Shown here in pieces: positions 35,110-47,406 of a stretch of DNA of 64,000 nucleotides. Origin of the DNA: Lysinibacillus sp. (lineage in GTDB: Bacteria; Bacillota; Bacilli; Bacillales_A; Planococcaceae); NCBI GenBank assembly GCA_051874135.1, contig JBJEFO010000128.1, forward strand, positions 807-64,806, in the 5' to 3' direction. The notes beneath the pieces are model-generated. The model did no database searches. It was given only the letters and a program-made list of their open reading frames with translations, and had not been told where the DNA came from. The position numbers were made by a program, and so were the translations under genes. Position 1 is the first letter of the stretch, and each line of letters opens with the position of its first letter.

Positions 35110-38100
35110 TTATTCAAATGCAGTTAACTCTTCTTCTGTTGCAGGATTGTCTTCTGCAATACGAATTTGACGGTAACGTTGCATACCAGTACCTGCAGGA
35201 ACAAGTTTACCGATAATTACATTTTCCTTCAGACCAAGAAGTTCATCACGCTTACCTTTAATTGCCGCATCCGTTAACACACGAGTTGTTTCTTGGAATG
35301 ATGCAGCAGATAAGAATGACTCTGTTTCAAGAGAAGCTTTTGTAATACCTAAAATTACAGGGCGACATGTTGCAGGCGCTTTGCCGTTTAATACGACTTC
35401 TGTATTTGCTTCAAGGAATTGGTGAATATCTAGTAATGAACCTGGTAATAAATCAGTATCTCCAGCTTCGATTACACGCACTTTACGAAGCATTTGGCGA
35501 ACCATTACCTCGATGTGCTTATCACCGATTTCTACCCCTTGCATACGGTATACTTTTTGTACTTCTTTTAACAGATATTCTTGAACTGTTGCTACGTCTT
35601 TAACTTTTAATAATTGTTTTGGATCGATAGAACCTTCTGTTAAAATTTGACCAGGTTTAATTTCATCACCTAGTTGTACTTTTAAACGAGCGTTGTAAGG
35701 CGCTTGGTATTTACGCGTTTCTACTTCACCGTGAATTGTAATTTCTTTTAAGCCTTCACGAATTTCTTCAATGTCTGATACCGTACCAGAAATTTCAGAG
35801 ATAACCGCTTGCCCTTTCGGATTACGCGCTTCGAAAATCTCTTGGATACGCGGAAGACCTTGTGTAATATCGTTTCCGGCTACCCCACCTGTATGGAATG
35901 TACGCATCGTTAACTGCGTACCTGGCTCACCGATTGATTGAGCAGCAATAATACCAACCGCTTCCCCAACCTCAACTTCGTCACCAGTAGCTAAGTTCAT
36001 ACCATAACATTTTTTACATACACCATGTTTTGTGTTACATGTGAATGCAGAGCGGATTGTTACTTGTTCGATGCCAGCTTCGTCAATTGCCTTCGCTACA
36101 TCTTGTGTAATTAATCCGTCACGCTCTAAAATAACAGCGCCTGTTTCTGGATGAACAATTGTTTTCTTCGTATAACGACCTACGATACGTTCGTCAAGCG
36201 CTTCGATTACCTCGTTGCCTTCCATTAACGCACCGATTGTTAAACCACGGTCAGTACCACAATCATCTTCACGAACGATAACGTCTTGTGCAACGTCTAC
36301 TAAACGACGAGTCAGGTAACCTGAGTCAGCTGTTTTTAACGCCGTATCGGCAAGACCTTTACGCGCACCGTGAGTTGAGATGAAGTACTCTAATACTGTT
36401 AAACCTTCACGGAATGAAGATTTGATTGGTAACTCGATGATACGACCAGCCGGGTTGGCCATCAGACCACGCATACCAGCAAGTTGCGTAAAGTTCGATG
36501 CGTTACCACGGGCACCAGAATCCGACATCATGAAGATTGGGTTTGTTTTTTGTAATGAGTCCATCAGTTTGCCTTGGATTGTATCCTTCGCTTTTGACCA
36601 GATCTCAATTACACGGTCATAACGCTCTTCCTCTGTGATTAAACCACGGCGGAATTGCTTCATTACTTTATCTACTTTACCTTGTGCTTCTTCTAGGATT
36701 TCACCTTTTTCAGGTAATACTTCGATGTCAGATACACCTACTGTAATACCAGCACGAGTAGAATATTTGAAACCTAAGTCTTTCATGCGGTCAAGCATTT
36801 TAGACGTTTCAGTAATTTTAAACATCTTAAATACTTGCGCGATAACATTTCCTAAGAATTTCTTACGGAATGGCGGTACAGCTGGAACTGAAGCAAAGTG
36901 CTTGCGTAATACAGCTTGACGTTGTGCTTCAATTTTCTCACCTTCTGATAGAGTTTTGTACTCTTCAGATGCTTCTAATTCTGCAAGTGTTTCTTCGTCA
37001 ATTGTTAAGTTAACGAAGTATTTCTCAGGTGTCTTATCTTCTAAGTTTGTATCTGTTGGTTCATTAATGTAAGGGAATGATTCAGGTAAAATTTCATTGA
37101 AGATTACCTTACCAACAGTCGTTAATAAGAACATTTTGTTTTGTTCTTCTGTAAACGTTGGGTTGTTTAAAGAAGAAGCTTGAATTGCAATACGCGTGTG
37201 TAAATGCACGTGACCGTTTTGATACGCGATTAACACTTCATCAGAACCGTAGAAGATAGAGCCTTCACCACGAGCACCTTCACGCTCAAGTGTTAAGTAA
37301 TAGTTACCTAGTACCATATCTTGAGATGGTGTTACTACTGGTTTACCATCTTTCGGGTTCAGGATATTTTGAGCCGCTAACATAAGTAAGCGTGCTTCTG
37401 CTTGTGCTTCTGCTGATAATGGAACGTGAACCGCCATTTGGTCACCATCAAAGTCAGCGTTATAAGCTGTACATACTAATGGGTGAAGACGAATTGCACG
37501 GCCCTCTACTAATGTAGGCTCGAATGCTTGGATACCAAGACGGTGAAGCGTCGGTGCACGGTTAAGTAATACCGGATGCTCACGAATAACGTCTTCTAAA
37601 ACGTCCCAAACTTCATTGTGCATACGTTCAATTTTACGTTTTGCACTCTTAATGTTATGAGCGAGACCACGTTCTACTAACTCTTTCATAACGAAAGGTT
37701 TGAATAGCTCGATTGCCATTTCTTTTGGAAGACCACATTGGTACATTTTTAAGTTTGGACCTACTACGATAACCGAACGACCAGAGTAGTCTACACGTTT
37801 ACCAAGTAAGTTTTGACGGAAACGACCTTGTTTACCTTTCAGCATGTGTGAAAGTGATTTTAAAGGACGGTTACCAGGACCAGTTACAGGACGACCACGA
37901 CGACCATTGTCGATTAGGGCATCTACTGCTTCTTGTAACATACGTTTTTCGTTTTGTACGATGATGCTTGGTGCACCAAGGTCAAGTAAACGTTTTAAAC
38001 GGTTGTTACGGTTAATTACACGACGGTATAAGTCGTTTAAATCAGAAGTTGCGAAACGACCACCATCTAATTGCACCATTGGACGAAGCTCTGGTGGAAT

Positions 38101-38799
38101 AACAGGTAGTACGTCAAGAATCATCCAAGAAGGCTTGTTGCCTGAGTTACGGAATGATTCTACAACTTCAAGGCGTTTAATCGCACGCGTACGACGTTGA
38201 CCTTGAGCTGTTTTTAACTCTTCTTTTAGCATTGTTGTTTCTTCTTCTAAATCGATTTGTTCAAGAAGCTTTTTAATTGCTTCTGCACCCATTGCAGCTT
38301 CGAATGACGCTCCGAATTTTTCACGGTATGCACGATATTCTTTTTCAGAAAGAAGTTGTTTATGCTCTAAGTTTGTACCTGCAGGATCAATTACTACATA
38401 AGATGCAAAGTAAATTACTTCCTCAAGTGCACGTGGAGACATATCTAAAATAAGCCCCATACGACTTGGAATTCCTTTAAAGTACCAAATATGAGATACA
38501 GGAGCAGCTAATTCAATGTGACCCATACGCTCACGACGAACTTTTGCACGTGTTACTTCAACACCACAACGGTCACAAACTACACCTTTGTAACGTACAC
38601 GTTTATATTTACCACAGTGACATTCCCAGTCTTTAGTTGGTCCAAAGATACGTTCGCAGAAAAGACCGTCTTTTTCTGGTTTTAATGTACGGTAGTTGAT
38701 TGTTTCAGGTTTTTTCACTTCACCATATGACCAAGAGCGAATCTTGTCCGGAGAAGCTAAACCAATTTTCATATATTCAAATTCATTAACGTCTATCAA
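35110..38799 (-). CDS. rpoC: RNA polymerase subunit beta'
   Basis: NADFDGD active site, Zn ribbon [15 protein letters not shown] trigger loop. Confidence 0.99.
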   Translation of the reverse strand: MIDVNEFEYMKIGLASPDKIRSWSYGEVKKPETINYRTLKPEKDGLFCERIFGPTKDWECHCGKYKRVRYKGVVCDRCGVEVTRAKVRRERMGHIELAAPVSHIWYFKGIPSRMGLILDMSPRALEEVIYFASYVVIDPAGTNLEHKQLLSEKEYRAYREKFGASFEAAMGAEAIKKLLEQIDLEEETTMLKEELKTAQGQRRTRAIKRLEVVESFRNSGNKPSWMILDVLPVIPPELRPMVQLDGGRFATSDLNDLYRRVINRNNRLKRLLDLGAPSIIVQNEKRMLQEAVDALIDNGRRGRPVTGPGNRPLKSLSHMLKGKQGRFRQNLLGKRVDYSGRSVIVVGPNLKMYQCGLPKEMAIELFKPFVMKELVERGLAHNIKSAKRKIERMHNEVWDVLEDVIREHPVLLNRAPTLHRLGIQAFEPTLVEGRAIRLHPLVCTAYNADFDGDQMAVHVPLSAEAQAEARLLMLAAQNILNPKDGKPVVTPSQDMVLGNYYLTLEREGARGEGSIFYGSDEVLIAYQNGHVHLHTRIAIQASSLNNPTFTEEQNKMFLLTTVGKVIFNEILPESFPYINEPTDTNLEDKTPEKYFVNLTIDEETLAELEASEEYKTLSEGEKIEAQRQAVLRKHFASVPAVPPFRKKFLGNVIAQVFKMFKITETSKMLDRMKDLGFKYSTRAGITVGVSDIEVLPEKGEILEEAQGKVDKVMKQFRRGLITEEERYDRVIEIWSKAKDTIQGKLMDSLQKTNPIFMMSDSGARGNASNFTQLAGMRGLMANPAGRIIELPIKSSFREGLTVLEYFISTHGARKGLADTALKTADSGYLTRRLVDVAQDVIVREDDCGTDRGLTIGALMEGNEVIEALDERIVGRYTKKTIVHPETGAVILERDGLITQDVAKAIDEAGIEQVTIRSAFTCNTKHGVCKKCYGMNLATGDEVEVGEAVGIIAAQSIGEPGTQLTMRTFHTGGVAGNDITQGLPRIQEIFEARNPKGQAVISEISGTVSDIEEIREGLKEITIHGEVETRKYQAPYNARLKVQLGDEIKPGQILTEGSIDPKQLLKVKDVATVQEYLLKEVQKVYRMQGVEIGDKHIEVMVRQMLRKVRVIEAGDTDLLPGSLLDIHQFLEANTEVVLNGKAPATCRPVILGITKASLETESFLSAASFQETTRVLTDAAIKGKRDELLGLKENVIIGKLVPAGTGMQRYRQIRIAEDNPATEEELTAFE

Positions 38800-39000
38800 G
38801 GAGCCTACCTCCCTTTAGTATAAGTCCTTTACTGACTTTTCCGCAGCTCGACAATTTAACGGTTAGTAAGAAACATCTAGCCTCTATAGAACCCAAAGAT
38901 GTTCTTACTTATGTAGACAAGAGTGCTTATCATTCTTATCTACCAAAAAAAGTTTAAACCGGTATCGATTAAACTTTGTGCACAGAAAAAATTAACTAAT

Positions 39001-39034
39001 AAAAATAAAAACGGGCAGGCAGTACCTGCCCGTT
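39001..39034 (-). terminator. Terminator-like hairpin immediately after rpoB
   Basis: 10-bp stem aacgggcagg/cctgcccgtt followed on the minus strand by tttattttt. Confidence 0.65.
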
Positions 39035-39047
39035 GTTGAAAGCTTAA

Positions 39048-42000
39048 TTATTCAAATGATTCAACAGCATCTTCTTCGTTTGAGATAGCTGCAATGTTCA
39101 ATGCATCTGCAGGTTGAAGATCGTCTTCATCATCTAAATCGCGAAGCTCTACCTCTTCATCATTGATCGTTAACATTTTAACGTCCATACCTAAAGATTG
39201 AAGCTCTTTAATTAATACTTTGAATGACTCTGGTACGCCTGGTTCTGGAACACTTTCACCTTTAACGATTGCTTCGTATGTTTTCACACGACCTACAACG
39301 TCATCCGATTTTACAGTTAAAATCTCTTGTAACGTGTAAGCAGCACCGTATGCTTCAAGTGCCCATACCTCCATCTCACCGAAGCGCTGACCACCGAATT
39401 GTGCTTTACCACCAAGCGGTTGTTGCGTTACTAATGAGTAAGGACCAGTTGAACGTGCGTGAAGTTTATCATCAACCATGTGTGCTAGTTTAATCATGTA
39501 CATGATACCAACAGATACACGGTTGTCGAATGGCTCACCTGAACGTCCATCATAAAGAATTGTTTTACCATCACGGTTCATACCAGCTTCTTCCATCGTT
39601 TCCCAAACATCTTCTTCATTAGCGCCATCAAATACAGGAGTAGCCATGTGTACGCCTAAGTAGCGTGAAGCCATACCTAAGTGAAGCTCTAATACTTGTC
39701 CGATGTTCATACGAGATGGTACCCCAAGTGGGTTTAACATGATATCAACTGGTGTTCCGTCCGGCATGAATGGCATATCTTCTTCCGGTAAGATGCGAGA
39801 GATAACCCCTTTGTTACCATGACGTCCGGCCATTTTGTCCCCAACGCGAATTTTACGTTTTTGAACAATATAAACACGAACTAATTGGTTCACACCAGGT
39901 GGTAACTCATCACCGTCTTCACGGTTGAATACTTTAACATCTAGAACAATACCGCCTGCTCCGTGAGGTACTTTTAATGAAGTATCACGTACTTCACGTG
40001 CTTTCTCACCAAAGATAGCGTGTAATAAACGTTCTTCAGCTGTTAACTCTGTAACCCCTTTAGGCGTTACTTTACCTACTAAGATGTCACCATCACGTAC
40101 TTCCGCACCGATGCGAATGATACCACGTTCGTCTAAGTTACGAAGTGCATCTTCCCCAACATTTGGAATGTCACGTGTGATTTCTTCAGGTCCTAGTTTT
40201 GTATCACGCGATTCTGATTCATATTCTTCAATATGAACAGAAGTATATACATCGTCTTTTACAAGGCGCTCACTCATAATAACAGCATCCTCGTAGTTAA
40301 AGCCATCCCATGTCATGAACGCAACAAGTACGTTACGACCAAGTGCTAATTCGCCACGCTCCATTGATGGACCATCAGCTAAAATATCACGTGGTTTTAC
40401 ACGGTCACCGACTTTAACAATCGGACGTTGGTTATATGAAGTACCTTGGTTTGAACGAACGAATTTTTGTAGTTTGTATTTTGTTAAATCGCCTTTAACT
40501 TCTTTACCATCTACAACTTCAATACGACGTACGTGGATTGAACGAGCTTCTACGTGCTCCACAATACCATCATATTTCGCAACAACTGCAGCACCCGAAT
40601 CACGCGCGTCAACGTGTTCCATACCTGTACCAACGAATGGTGCTTCAGGATTTAATAACGGAACCGCTTGACGTTGCATGTTCGCACCCATTAACGCACG
40701 GTTTGAGTCGTCGTTTTCTAAGAATGGGATACATGCTGTGGCAGCAGATACTACTTGCTTTGGTGATACATCCATGTAGTCGATTACTTCACGTTTGAAT
40801 ACCGTGTTGTCACCACGGAAACGACCTACAACTTCTTCATTCGCAAATGTACCATCCGGATTTAAAATTGAGTTCGCTTGCGCTACTACATAGTTGTCTT
40901 CTTCATCAGCTGTTAAGTAGTCGATTTGATCTGTTACTTGACCAGTTTCAGGATTAACACGACGGTATGGTGTTTCAATAAATCCGAATTTATTTACTTT
41001 CGCAAATGATGAAAGCGAGTTAATTAGACCAATGTTTGGTCCCTCAGGCGTTTCAATCGGACACATACGACCATAGTGAGAGTAGTGAACGTCACGTACT
41101 TCCATACCAGCACGCTCACGTGTTAAACCACCAGGTCCTAACGCAGATAGACGACGTTTATGCGTTAATTCTGCTAATGGGTTTGTTTGGTCCATGAATT
41201 GCGATAATTGAGAGCTACCGAAGAACTCTTTAATGGATGCAATTACAGGGCGGATGTTGATTAATTGCTGTGGCACGATTGCAGCTGTGTCATTAATAGA
41301 CATACGCTCACGTACTACACGCTCCATACGAGATAAACCGATACGGAATTGGTTTTGTAATAACTCACCAACTGAACGTAGACGACGGTTACCTAAATGG
41401 TCGATATCATCCGTGTTACCAACACCATATAATAAGTTAAAGAAGTACGATACAGAAGCTAATACGTCAGCTGGTGTAATGTTTTTCACTTCTTCATCAA
41501 TATAAGCATTTGAAATAACGTTAATTTCTTTTTGTGCTTCATCATTTGGTGCGTAAATTTTGATTGATTGTACTGTAATATCATCTTCTAATACGCCACC
41601 TACTTGAGATAGTGTACGGAAGCCGATACCTTTTTCTAAATAAGGGATTAACTTATCTAAGTTACGACGATCTAATAACGTACCTTTTTCAACTAAAACT
41701 TCACCAGTCTCTGGATCAGCTAATGTTTCTGCAATCGTTTGGTTAAATAAACGATTTTTAATGTGAAGCTTTTTGTTCATTTTATAGCGACCAACGTTTG
41801 CTAAATCGTAGCGTTTCGCGTCGAAGAAACGAGAGTATAGTAAGCTCTTCGCACTTTCAACTGTTGGTGGTTCACCTGGACGTAGACGCTCATAGATTTC
41901 AAGAAGTGCTTTTTCAGTACTTTCAGTGTTATCTTTTTCAAGCGTATTACGTAAATACTCATTATCACCAATAATATCGATGATTTCTTGGTCTGAGCCA

Positions 42001-42602
42001 AAACCTAATGCACGTAATAATACAGTTACAGGAAGTTTACGTGTACGATCGATACGAACGTATACAACATCCTTTGCATCAGTTTCGTATTCAAGCCATG
42101 CACCACGGTTTGGAATGACTGTAGCGCCAAAGCCTTTTTTACCGTTTTTGTCCGTTTTATCGTGGAAATAAACACTTGGAGAACGAACTAACTGTGAAAC
42201 GATAACACGCTCAGCACCGTTAATAATAAACGTGCCTGTTTCCGTCATTAATGGGAAATCACCCATGAAAACGTCTTGCTCTTTTACTTCGTCTGTTTCT
42301 TTGTTGTGTAGACGTACTTTTACACGTAATGGTGCAGCATAAGTTACGTCACGTTCTTTACACTCATCAACATCATACTTCGGTTCGCCTAATGTATAGT
42401 CGACGAATTCAAGTGAAAGATTACCTGTAAAATCTTCGATTGGAGAAATGTCGTGGAACATCTCGCGCAATCCTTCTTCAAGGAACCACTCATAAGATGC
42501 TGTTTGGATTTCGATTAAGTTCGGAAGCTCCAGCACCTCATTAATACGCGCAAAGCTTCTACGCTGGCGGTGTTGTCCGTACTGAACTAGTTGACCTGTC
42601 AA
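39048..42602 (-). CDS. rpoB: RNA polymerase subunit beta
   Basis: [39 protein letters not shown]; TTG start (MTGQLVQYG). Confidence 0.99.
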   Translation of the reverse strand: MTGQLVQYGQHRQRRSFARINEVLELPNLIEIQTASYEWFLEEGLREMFHDISPIEDFTGNLSLEFVDYTLGEPKYDVDECKERDVTYAAPLRVKVRLHNKETDEVKEQDVFMGDFPLMTETGTFIINGAERVIVSQLVRSPSVYFHDKTDKNGKKGFGATVIPNRGAWLEYETDAKDVVYVRIDRTRKLPVTVLLRALGFGSDQEIIDIIGDNEYLRNTLEKDNTESTEKALLEIYERLRPGEPPTVESAKSLLYSRFFDAKRYDLANVGRYKMNKKLHIKNRLFNQTIAETLADPETGEVLVEKGTLLDRRNLDKLIPYLEKGIGFRTLSQVGGVLEDDITVQSIKIYAPNDEAQKEINVISNAYIDEEVKNITPADVLASVSYFFNLLYGVGNTDDIDHLGNRRLRSVGELLQNQFRIGLSRMERVVRERMSINDTAAIVPQQLINIRPVIASIKEFFGSSQLSQFMDQTNPLAELTHKRRLSALGPGGLTRERAGMEVRDVHYSHYGRMCPIETPEGPNIGLINSLSSFAKVNKFGFIETPYRRVNPETGQVTDQIDYLTADEEDNYVVAQANSILNPDGTFANEEVVGRFRGDNTVFKREVIDYMDVSPKQVVSAATACIPFLENDDSNRALMGANMQRQAVPLLNPEAPFVGTGMEHVDARDSGAAVVAKYDGIVEHVEARSIHVRRIEVVDGKEVKGDLTKYKLQKFVRSNQGTSYNQRPIVKVGDRVKPRDILADGPSMERGELALGRNVLVAFMTWDGFNYEDAVIMSERLVKDDVYTSVHIEEYESESRDTKLGPEEITRDIPNVGEDALRNLDERGIIRIGAEVRDGDILVGKVTPKGVTELTAEERLLHAIFGEKAREVRDTSLKVPHGAGGIVLDVKVFNREDGDELPPGVNQLVRVYIVQKRKIRVGDKMAGRHGNKGVISRILPEEDMPFMPDGTPVDIMLNPLGVPSRMNIGQVLELHLGMASRYLGVHMATPVFDGANEEDVWETMEEAGMNRDGKTILYDGRSGEPFDNRVSVGIMYMIKLAHMVDDKLHARSTGPYSLVTQQPLGGKAQFGGQRFGEMEVWALEAYGAAYTLQEILTVKSDDVVGRVKTYEAIVKGESVPEPGVPESFKVLIKELQSLGMDVKMLTINDEEVELRDLDDEDDLQPADALNIAAISNEEDAVESFE

Positions 42603-42813
42603 CTCATTCACCCCTCAATAAAGCGATAATAGGTCTTTGCAAAATCACCCAAATAGTGTATGATTTCGAAAGACAAAAAGAAAACGAGACACTCATTTGT
42701 TCTCATTTTCGGTTAAACTTAAACTAAACTTATTTTTGAACAGTCTGCCCTAAAAACTTACTTTTTAATACAAAAGGGCATACTTCTTCAAAATAATAAT
42801 TTTGCATTTTATT

Positions 42814-42842
42814 ATGTTATCACAGTCAATTTGTCAAGTCAA
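42814..42842 (-). promoter_or_regulatory. rpoB sigma-A promoter
   Basis: TTGACT-17 nt-TAACAT with extended TG. Confidence 0.65.
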
Positions 42843-42861
42843 TCTTTTAAGTTATGGTTCA

Positions 42862-43461
42862 TTATTTTTTCGCTCGAATGATCCAATAACCTTTTTTCTT
42901 CTCTACAACATCTACTTCTGAAAACCGTTCTTCTAAATGACTTACTGTCGATGGAGCGCCTTGCTTCTTCTGAATAACAACCCAAAGCTCGCCACCTTCT
43001 ACTAACTTTTCATAGGACTCATCATAAAATCGAAAAATCGTTTCTTTTCCAGCACGAATTGGTGGGTTTGTTAAAATAGCAGCCGCTTTTACATCACCTA
43101 CCGAAGCTAGACCATTACTTTCAAAAATACGTACATTTTGAACCCCGTTAACTTGCGCATTTTTCTCAGCAAGTGCAATCGCACGCGTATTAATGTCCAT
43201 CATATGAACGAAACGCTCAGGAATCGCCTTCGCAATCGATAACCCAATCGGGCCATAACCGCAACCAACATCCAGCACATCGCCTTCTACTTCTGGCATT
43301 TCAAAAGTATCGATTAATACACGGGATCCAAAATCTACTTCGCTTTTGCTAAATACGCCGGCATCTGTTTCAAATGTAAACGTGTGCCCACGTAAAGTAA
43401 ATTTCCATTGGCGTGGTTTACTCTCAGTTTGAGGTTTATTCGAATAATAATGTTCAGACAT
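42862..43461 (-). CDS. rsmC: 16S rRNA m2G methyltransferase, RsmC/YbxB family
   Basis: GVFSKSEVDFGS, LDVGCGYG, TNPPIRAGK; lies between rplL and rpoB. Confidence 0.88.
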   Translation of the reverse strand: MSEHYYSNKPQTESKPRQWKFTLRGHTFTFETDAGVFSKSEVDFGSRVLIDTFEMPEVEGDVLDVGCGYGPIGLSIAKAIPERFVHMMDINTRAIALAEKNAQVNGVQNVRIFESNGLASVGDVKAAAILTNPPIRAGKETIFRFYDESYEKLVEGGELWVVIQKKQGAPSTVSHLEERFSEVDVVEKKKGYWIIRAKK

Positions 43462-43620
43462 AGCACAACACGCCCCTTATATAAATGATGGATGAGATAC
43501 TTTCAAGCACTCTTCCGATTTATTGATTAGAAAGATACATCTCAACCAGAATAGGACGAAATCATATCCTTATTTATGCGGATTTTCTTAAAAACTTACG
43601 CTTTCCTATCCGCTTAGAAA

Positions 43621-43653
43621 AAGAAAAGCCCGTCACATTGACGAGCTTTTCTT
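43621..43653 (-). terminator. rplL terminator
   Basis: aagaaaagcccgtca-cat-tgacgagcttttctt. Confidence 0.8.
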
Positions 43654-43670
43654 AATAAAGAGAGTTAAGA

Positions 43671-44030
43671 TTACTTAACTTCTACAGTTGCGCCAACTTC
43701 TTCAAGTTTAGCTTTGATTTCTTCAGCTTCTTCTTTAGAAGCGCCTTCTTTAAGTGCTTTAGGAGCGTTATCTACTACTTCTTTAGCTTCTTTTAAGCCA
43801 AGACCAGTGATTTCGCGTACCACTTTGATTACTTTGATTTTTTCTGCACCAGCAGATGCTAATACTACGTCAAACTCAGTTTTTTCGTCAGCTGCAGCTG
43901 CACCGCCAGCTACTACAGCTACAGGAGCTGCTGCTGTTACACCGAATTCTTCTTCGATAGCTTTTACTAAATCGTTTAATTCTAGAACTGTCATAGCTTT
44001 GATAGCTTCTAAGATTTGCTCTTTGTTCAT
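43671..44030 (-). CDS. rplL: 50S ribosomal protein L7/L12
   Basis: [33 protein letters not shown]. Confidence 0.99.
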   Translation of the reverse strand: MNKEQILEAIKAMTVLELNDLVKAIEEEFGVTAAAPVAVVAGGAAAADEKTEFDVVLASAGAEKIKVIKVVREITGLGLKEAKEVVDNAPKALKEGASKEEAEEIKAKLEEVGATVEVK

Positions 44031-44099
44031 TTTAATTTCCTCCTATGGAATGTTTTATAGTTTTAGGCCGTTAAGCCGATTGTTGAAGATATGGACGAA

Positions 44100-44600
44100 T
44101 TAAGCGCCTTGCTCTTCTTTTTGTTCTGCAACAGCTTTTGTTGCAAGTGCGAAGTTGCGCACTGGAGCTTGAAGTACAGATAAAAGCATTGATAATAGAC
44201 CTTCGCGTGATGGAAGTTCTGCAAGAGCTTTAACGTCAGCTTCAGATGCAACAGTACCTTCGATGATACCAGCTTTAATTTCTAACGCTTCGTTTTTCTT
44301 AGCGAACTCGTTGATAATTTTAGCTGGAGCTACTACGTCTTCGTTTGAGAACGCAACAGCGTTTGGACCAGTTAAGAACTCATTGATTGCTTCAACACCA
44401 GCGATTTCAGTAGCACGGCGAGTTAATGTGTTTTTATAAACTTTGAACTCAACACCAGCTTCACGTAATTGCTTACGTAATTCTGTTACTTGAGCTACAG
44501 TTAAACCACGGTAGTCAACCACTACTACAGAAGCAGCTGATTGGAATTTCTCAGCGATTTCTTGTACTTGAACTTTTTTTGTTTCGATTGCTTTGCTCAT
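44100..44600 (-). CDS. rplJ: 50S ribosomal protein L10
   Basis: [33 protein letters not shown]. Confidence 0.99.
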   Translation of the reverse strand: MSKAIETKKVQVQEIAEKFQSAASVVVVDYRGLTVAQVTELRKQLREAGVEFKVYKNTLTRRATEIAGVEAINEFLTGPNAVAFSNEDVVAPAKIINEFAKKNEALEIKAGIIEGTVASEADVKALAELPSREGLLSMLLSVLQAPVRNFALATKAVAEQKEEQGA

Positions 44601-44637
44601 GATGACACCTCCTATTAGAATGAGTCATTTATACCGA

Positions 44638-44780
44638 CAAAAGAAAGCCCTTATGTCAAAGTAGACATAAGGGCAGAAAGTCATCATCTTAAAAAGAATC
44701 TGGACTCCGATGTCCTCGGTAGGATTATTAAGTGACAAGTCACTCCTACTGTCTACGGTACAAATGGATGATTCACAACA
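44638..44780 (-). ncRNA. L10 leader (autoregulatory attenuator)
   Basis: accgtagacagtagg...cctaccgagg core followed by terminator gcccttatgtc/gacataagggc-tttctttt. Confidence 0.9.
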
Positions 44781-44786
44781 GCATCC

Positions 44787-44815
44787 ATCTTACCAAGTAA
44801 GCGGATCGTTGTCAA
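44787..44815 (-). promoter_or_regulatory. rplJ sigma-A promoter
   Basis: TTGACA-17 nt-TAAGAT with extended TG. Confidence 0.8.
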
Positions 44816-44843
44816 CTAATTAAATCAAAATATTTTTCAGGAA

Positions 44844-45542
44844 TTATTTGATAACTACTGATTGAGCATCAACTTTTACAGCTGGACCCATTGTAGTAGT
44901 TACATTTACAGATTTCATGTAAGTACCTTTAGCTGCAGCTGGTTTAGCTTTTTGTACTACATCGAATACTGTTAAGAAGTTTTCAACTAACTTTTCTGTT
45001 TCGAAAGAAACTTTACCGATAGGAGCGTGGATGATACCAGCTTTGTCAGCACGGTATTCTACTTTACCAGCTTTGATTTCTTCGATAGCTTTTGTTACGT
45101 CGAAAGTAACTGTACCAGTTTTAGGGTTTGGCATTAAACCTTTAGGACCTAATACACGACCAAGTTTACCAACTTCACCCATCATGTCTGGAGTAGCTAC
45201 GATTACATCAAAGTCGAACCAGCCTTGTTGGATTTTTTGGATGTACTCTGCATCGCCTACATAGTCTGCACCAGCAGCTTCTGCTTCTTTAAGTTTTTCA
45301 CCTTTAGCGAATACTAATACGCGTTGAGTTTTACCAGTACCGTTTGGAAGTACTACTGCACCACGGATTTGTTGGTCGTTTTTACGAGTATCGATACCTA
45401 ATTTGAAAGCAACTTCTACAGTAGCGTCGAAGTTTACAGTGCTAGTTTTTTGAGCAAGAGCGATTGCTTCTGCTGCTTCGTATAATTTAGAGCGGTCTAC
45501 TAATTTAGCCGCATCTTGTAATTTTTTACCTTTTTTAGCCAT
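44844..45542 (-). CDS. rplA: 50S ribosomal protein L1
   Basis: [16 protein letters not shown]; start MAKKGKK after AAGGAGG. Confidence 0.99.
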   Translation of the reverse strand: MAKKGKKLQDAAKLVDRSKLYEAAEAIALAQKTSTVNFDATVEVAFKLGIDTRKNDQQIRGAVVLPNGTGKTQRVLVFAKGEKLKEAEAAGADYVGDAEYIQKIQQGWFDFDVIVATPDMMGEVGKLGRVLGPKGLMPNPKTGTVTFDVTKAIEEIKAGKVEYRADKAGIIHAPIGKVSFETEKLVENFLTVFDVVQKAKPAAAKGTYMKSVNVTTTMGPAVKVDAQSVVIK

Positions 45543-45562
45543 TGTTAATTTCCTCCTTGATT

Positions 45563-45589
45563 GTGGTTGTAGCGGAATGAACCTCCCAC
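45563..45589 (-). promoter_or_regulatory. L1-binding site before rplA
   Basis: gtgggagg-ttcatt-ccgctacaaccac, a 23S rRNA L1-site mimic. Confidence 0.8.
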
Positions 45590-45667
45590 GAATAAAGGTT
45601 GCGCACTCTTTAAGAGCGCAGCAACCTTCCAAAAAACAAATGCATCATCAAGTCTTTGAAGATGAGA

Positions 45668-46093
45668 TTAGTCTTCGATAACAATACCCATGCTTCGTGC
45701 AGTACCTTCAACCATTAACATTGCAGCTTCTACAGATGCAGCGTTTAGGTCTGGCATTTTTTGTTCAGCGATTTCGCGAACTTTATCACGTTTAACCGTT
45801 GCAACTTTTTTACGGTTTGGTTCACCAGATCCAGATTGGATACCAGCAGCTACTTTAAGTAGAACTGCAGCTGGTGGAGTTTTCGTAATGAAAGTGAATG
45901 AACGGTCTTCGAATACTGAAATTTCAACCGGAATAATTAGACCAGCTTGATCAGCAGTACGAGCGTTGAACTCCTTACAGAATCCCATGATGTTAACACC
46001 TGCTTGACCTAATGCAGGACCAACCGGTGGAGCTGGGTTAGCTTTACCAGCAGGAATTTGAAGTTTTACAACTTTAATTACTTTTTTAGCCAC
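45668..46093 (-). CDS. rplK: 50S ribosomal protein L11
   Basis: [22 protein letters not shown]; GTG start. Confidence 0.99.
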   Translation of the reverse strand: MAKKVIKVVKLQIPAGKANPAPPVGPALGQAGVNIMGFCKEFNARTADQAGLIIPVEISVFEDRSFTFITKTPPAAVLLKVAAGIQSGSGEPNRKKVATVKRDKVREIAEQKMPDLNAASVEAAMLMVEGTARSMGIVIED

Positions 46094-46119
46094 GAGACAC
46101 ACCTCCTTAAGTCCGTGAT

Positions 46120-46144
46120 GTGGTCATAGGGTTGCCCCTCCCAC
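46120..46144 (-). promoter_or_regulatory. L1-binding site before rplK
   Basis: gtgggagggg-caa-ccctatgaccac. Confidence 0.7.
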
Positions 46145-46232
46145 TCAATATCTGTCTGTCGGCTTAAATCCGATAACATTAAAAATAAAATTATCCATCA
46201 CACTGAAATAAATTGACAGTCTGACCTATGAA

Positions 46233-46261
46233 ATGATATCACTTTTATTTCATTAGCGCAA
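46233..46261 (-). promoter_or_regulatory. rplK promoter
   Basis: TTGCGC-17 nt-TATCAT with extended TG. Confidence 0.55.
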
Positions 46262-46273
46262 GTATAAATAATT

Positions 46274-46813
46274 CTATATTTTTCGAATCTGAGTAAAGTC
46301 TAATTCCATCTTCGTTTCACGGCCAAACATATCAACCGTTACTTTCACTTTACCTTTTTCTATATCAATTTCTTCCACTTTACCTTGGAAGTGAGCGAAT
46401 GGTCCTTCTAACACTTCAACTACTTCTCCAACAGTTACCGCTATTTCACCAATCGCTTGTTCGTTCATACCCATTTGAGCAAGTAAACGTTCCGCTTCTT
46501 CAGGAAGTAATGGCGTAGGTTTTGCACCGCCACCTGATGAACCGATGAAGCCTGTAACACCTGGTGTATTACGTACAACATACCACGAGTCATCCGTCAT
46601 GATTAACTCTACCAACACATAACCTGGGAATACTTTACGCATTACCGTGCGTTTCTTGCCATCCTCTTTAATATCGATTTCCTCATGCTCTGGTACGATT
46701 ACACGGAAGATTTTATCCTGCATGCCCATTGTTTCAACGCGTTTTTCAAGATTTGCTTTTACACGGTTTTCATAACCTGAATAAGTATGCACTACATACC
46801 AATTTTTCTCCAT
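46274..46813 (-). CDS. nusG: Transcription elongation factor NusG
   Basis: WYVVHTYSGYE, FPGYVLVE, C-terminal KOW domain. Confidence 0.99.
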   Translation of the reverse strand: MEKNWYVVHTYSGYENRVKANLEKRVETMGMQDKIFRVIVPEHEEIDIKEDGKKRTVMRKVFPGYVLVELIMTDDSWYVVRNTPGVTGFIGSSGGGAKPTPLLPEEAERLLAQMGMNEQAIGEIAVTVGEVVEVLEGPFAHFQGKVEEIDIEKGKVKVTVDMFGRETKMELDFTQIRKI

Positions 46814-46941
46814 AAAATCTGGACTACTCGTCCGTCCCTCCCTCTATTACTCGTGATGCACTGTTTGCGACACAAATTTTCACCAAATGAAAAAACCCGT
46901 TGTTTCAAAGTATACGGGCTATTTCATCAAATATACTATTT

Positions 46942-47127
46942 TTATAGTTCTAAGAACCAACGTAATGCCTCTGAAACACCTAAATCCACTACCGTAAAGT
47001 ATAAAGCAAAGAAAATAACAGTTGCAACTACAACAACCGTATATTTTGTTAACTCTTTACTTTTAGGCCAGCTTGTTTTACGCATTTCTGATCCGACTTC
47101 ACCTAAAAAGTTTGTAATCTTGCTCAT
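46942..47127 (-). CDS. secE: Preprotein translocase subunit SecE
   Basis: EMRKTSWPKSKEL plus a single TM helix. Confidence 0.97.
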   Translation of the reverse strand: MSKITNFLGEVGSEMRKTSWPKSKELTKYTVVVVATVIFFALYFTVVDLGVSEALRWFLEL

Positions 47128-47176
47128 TTTCTAACTTAACCTCCGAACAAATCGTTTATTTAACATTCTAATCAAT

Positions 47177-47326
47177 TTATAATGTTTGCTTGTGCACGGT
47201 ATGTTCATTACAATATGAACAAAACTTTTTCAATTCTAGACGCTTTGTCTCATTTCCAGATTTCGCTGGCATTGAATAGTTTCTGGAGCCACATTTTTCA
47301 CAACTTAAAATGACTTTATTGGCCAT
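47177..47326 (-). CDS. rpmG: 50S ribosomal protein L33 (Zn type); below the ORF-track cutoff
   Basis: Manual translation [49 protein letters not shown]. Confidence 0.97.
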   Translation of the reverse strand: MANKVILSCEKCGSRNYSMPAKSGNETKRLELKKFCSYCNEHTVHKQTL

Positions 47327-47360
47327 TTAATTTCACCTATTTCGGCATTTTGTCTAATCA

Positions 47361-47389
47361 AGACTAACACCTAATATGCATACTGTCAA
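47361..47389 (-). promoter_or_regulatory. rpmG-secE-nusG promoter
   Basis: TTGACA-17 nt-TAGTCT with extended TG. Confidence 0.6.
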
Positions 47390-47406
47390 CAAGCGAGACA
47401 CCGCTC

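Noticed and set aside
36910-37010. Intein or intron in rpoC
   Set aside because: The insert is only ~28 aa, in frame, and lacks intein C/S-start and HN-end motifs
34217-41260. Antibiotic-resistance alleles in rpsL and rpoB cluster I
   Set aside because: [17 protein letters not shown] and [23 protein letters not shown] match the usual susceptible-type sequences
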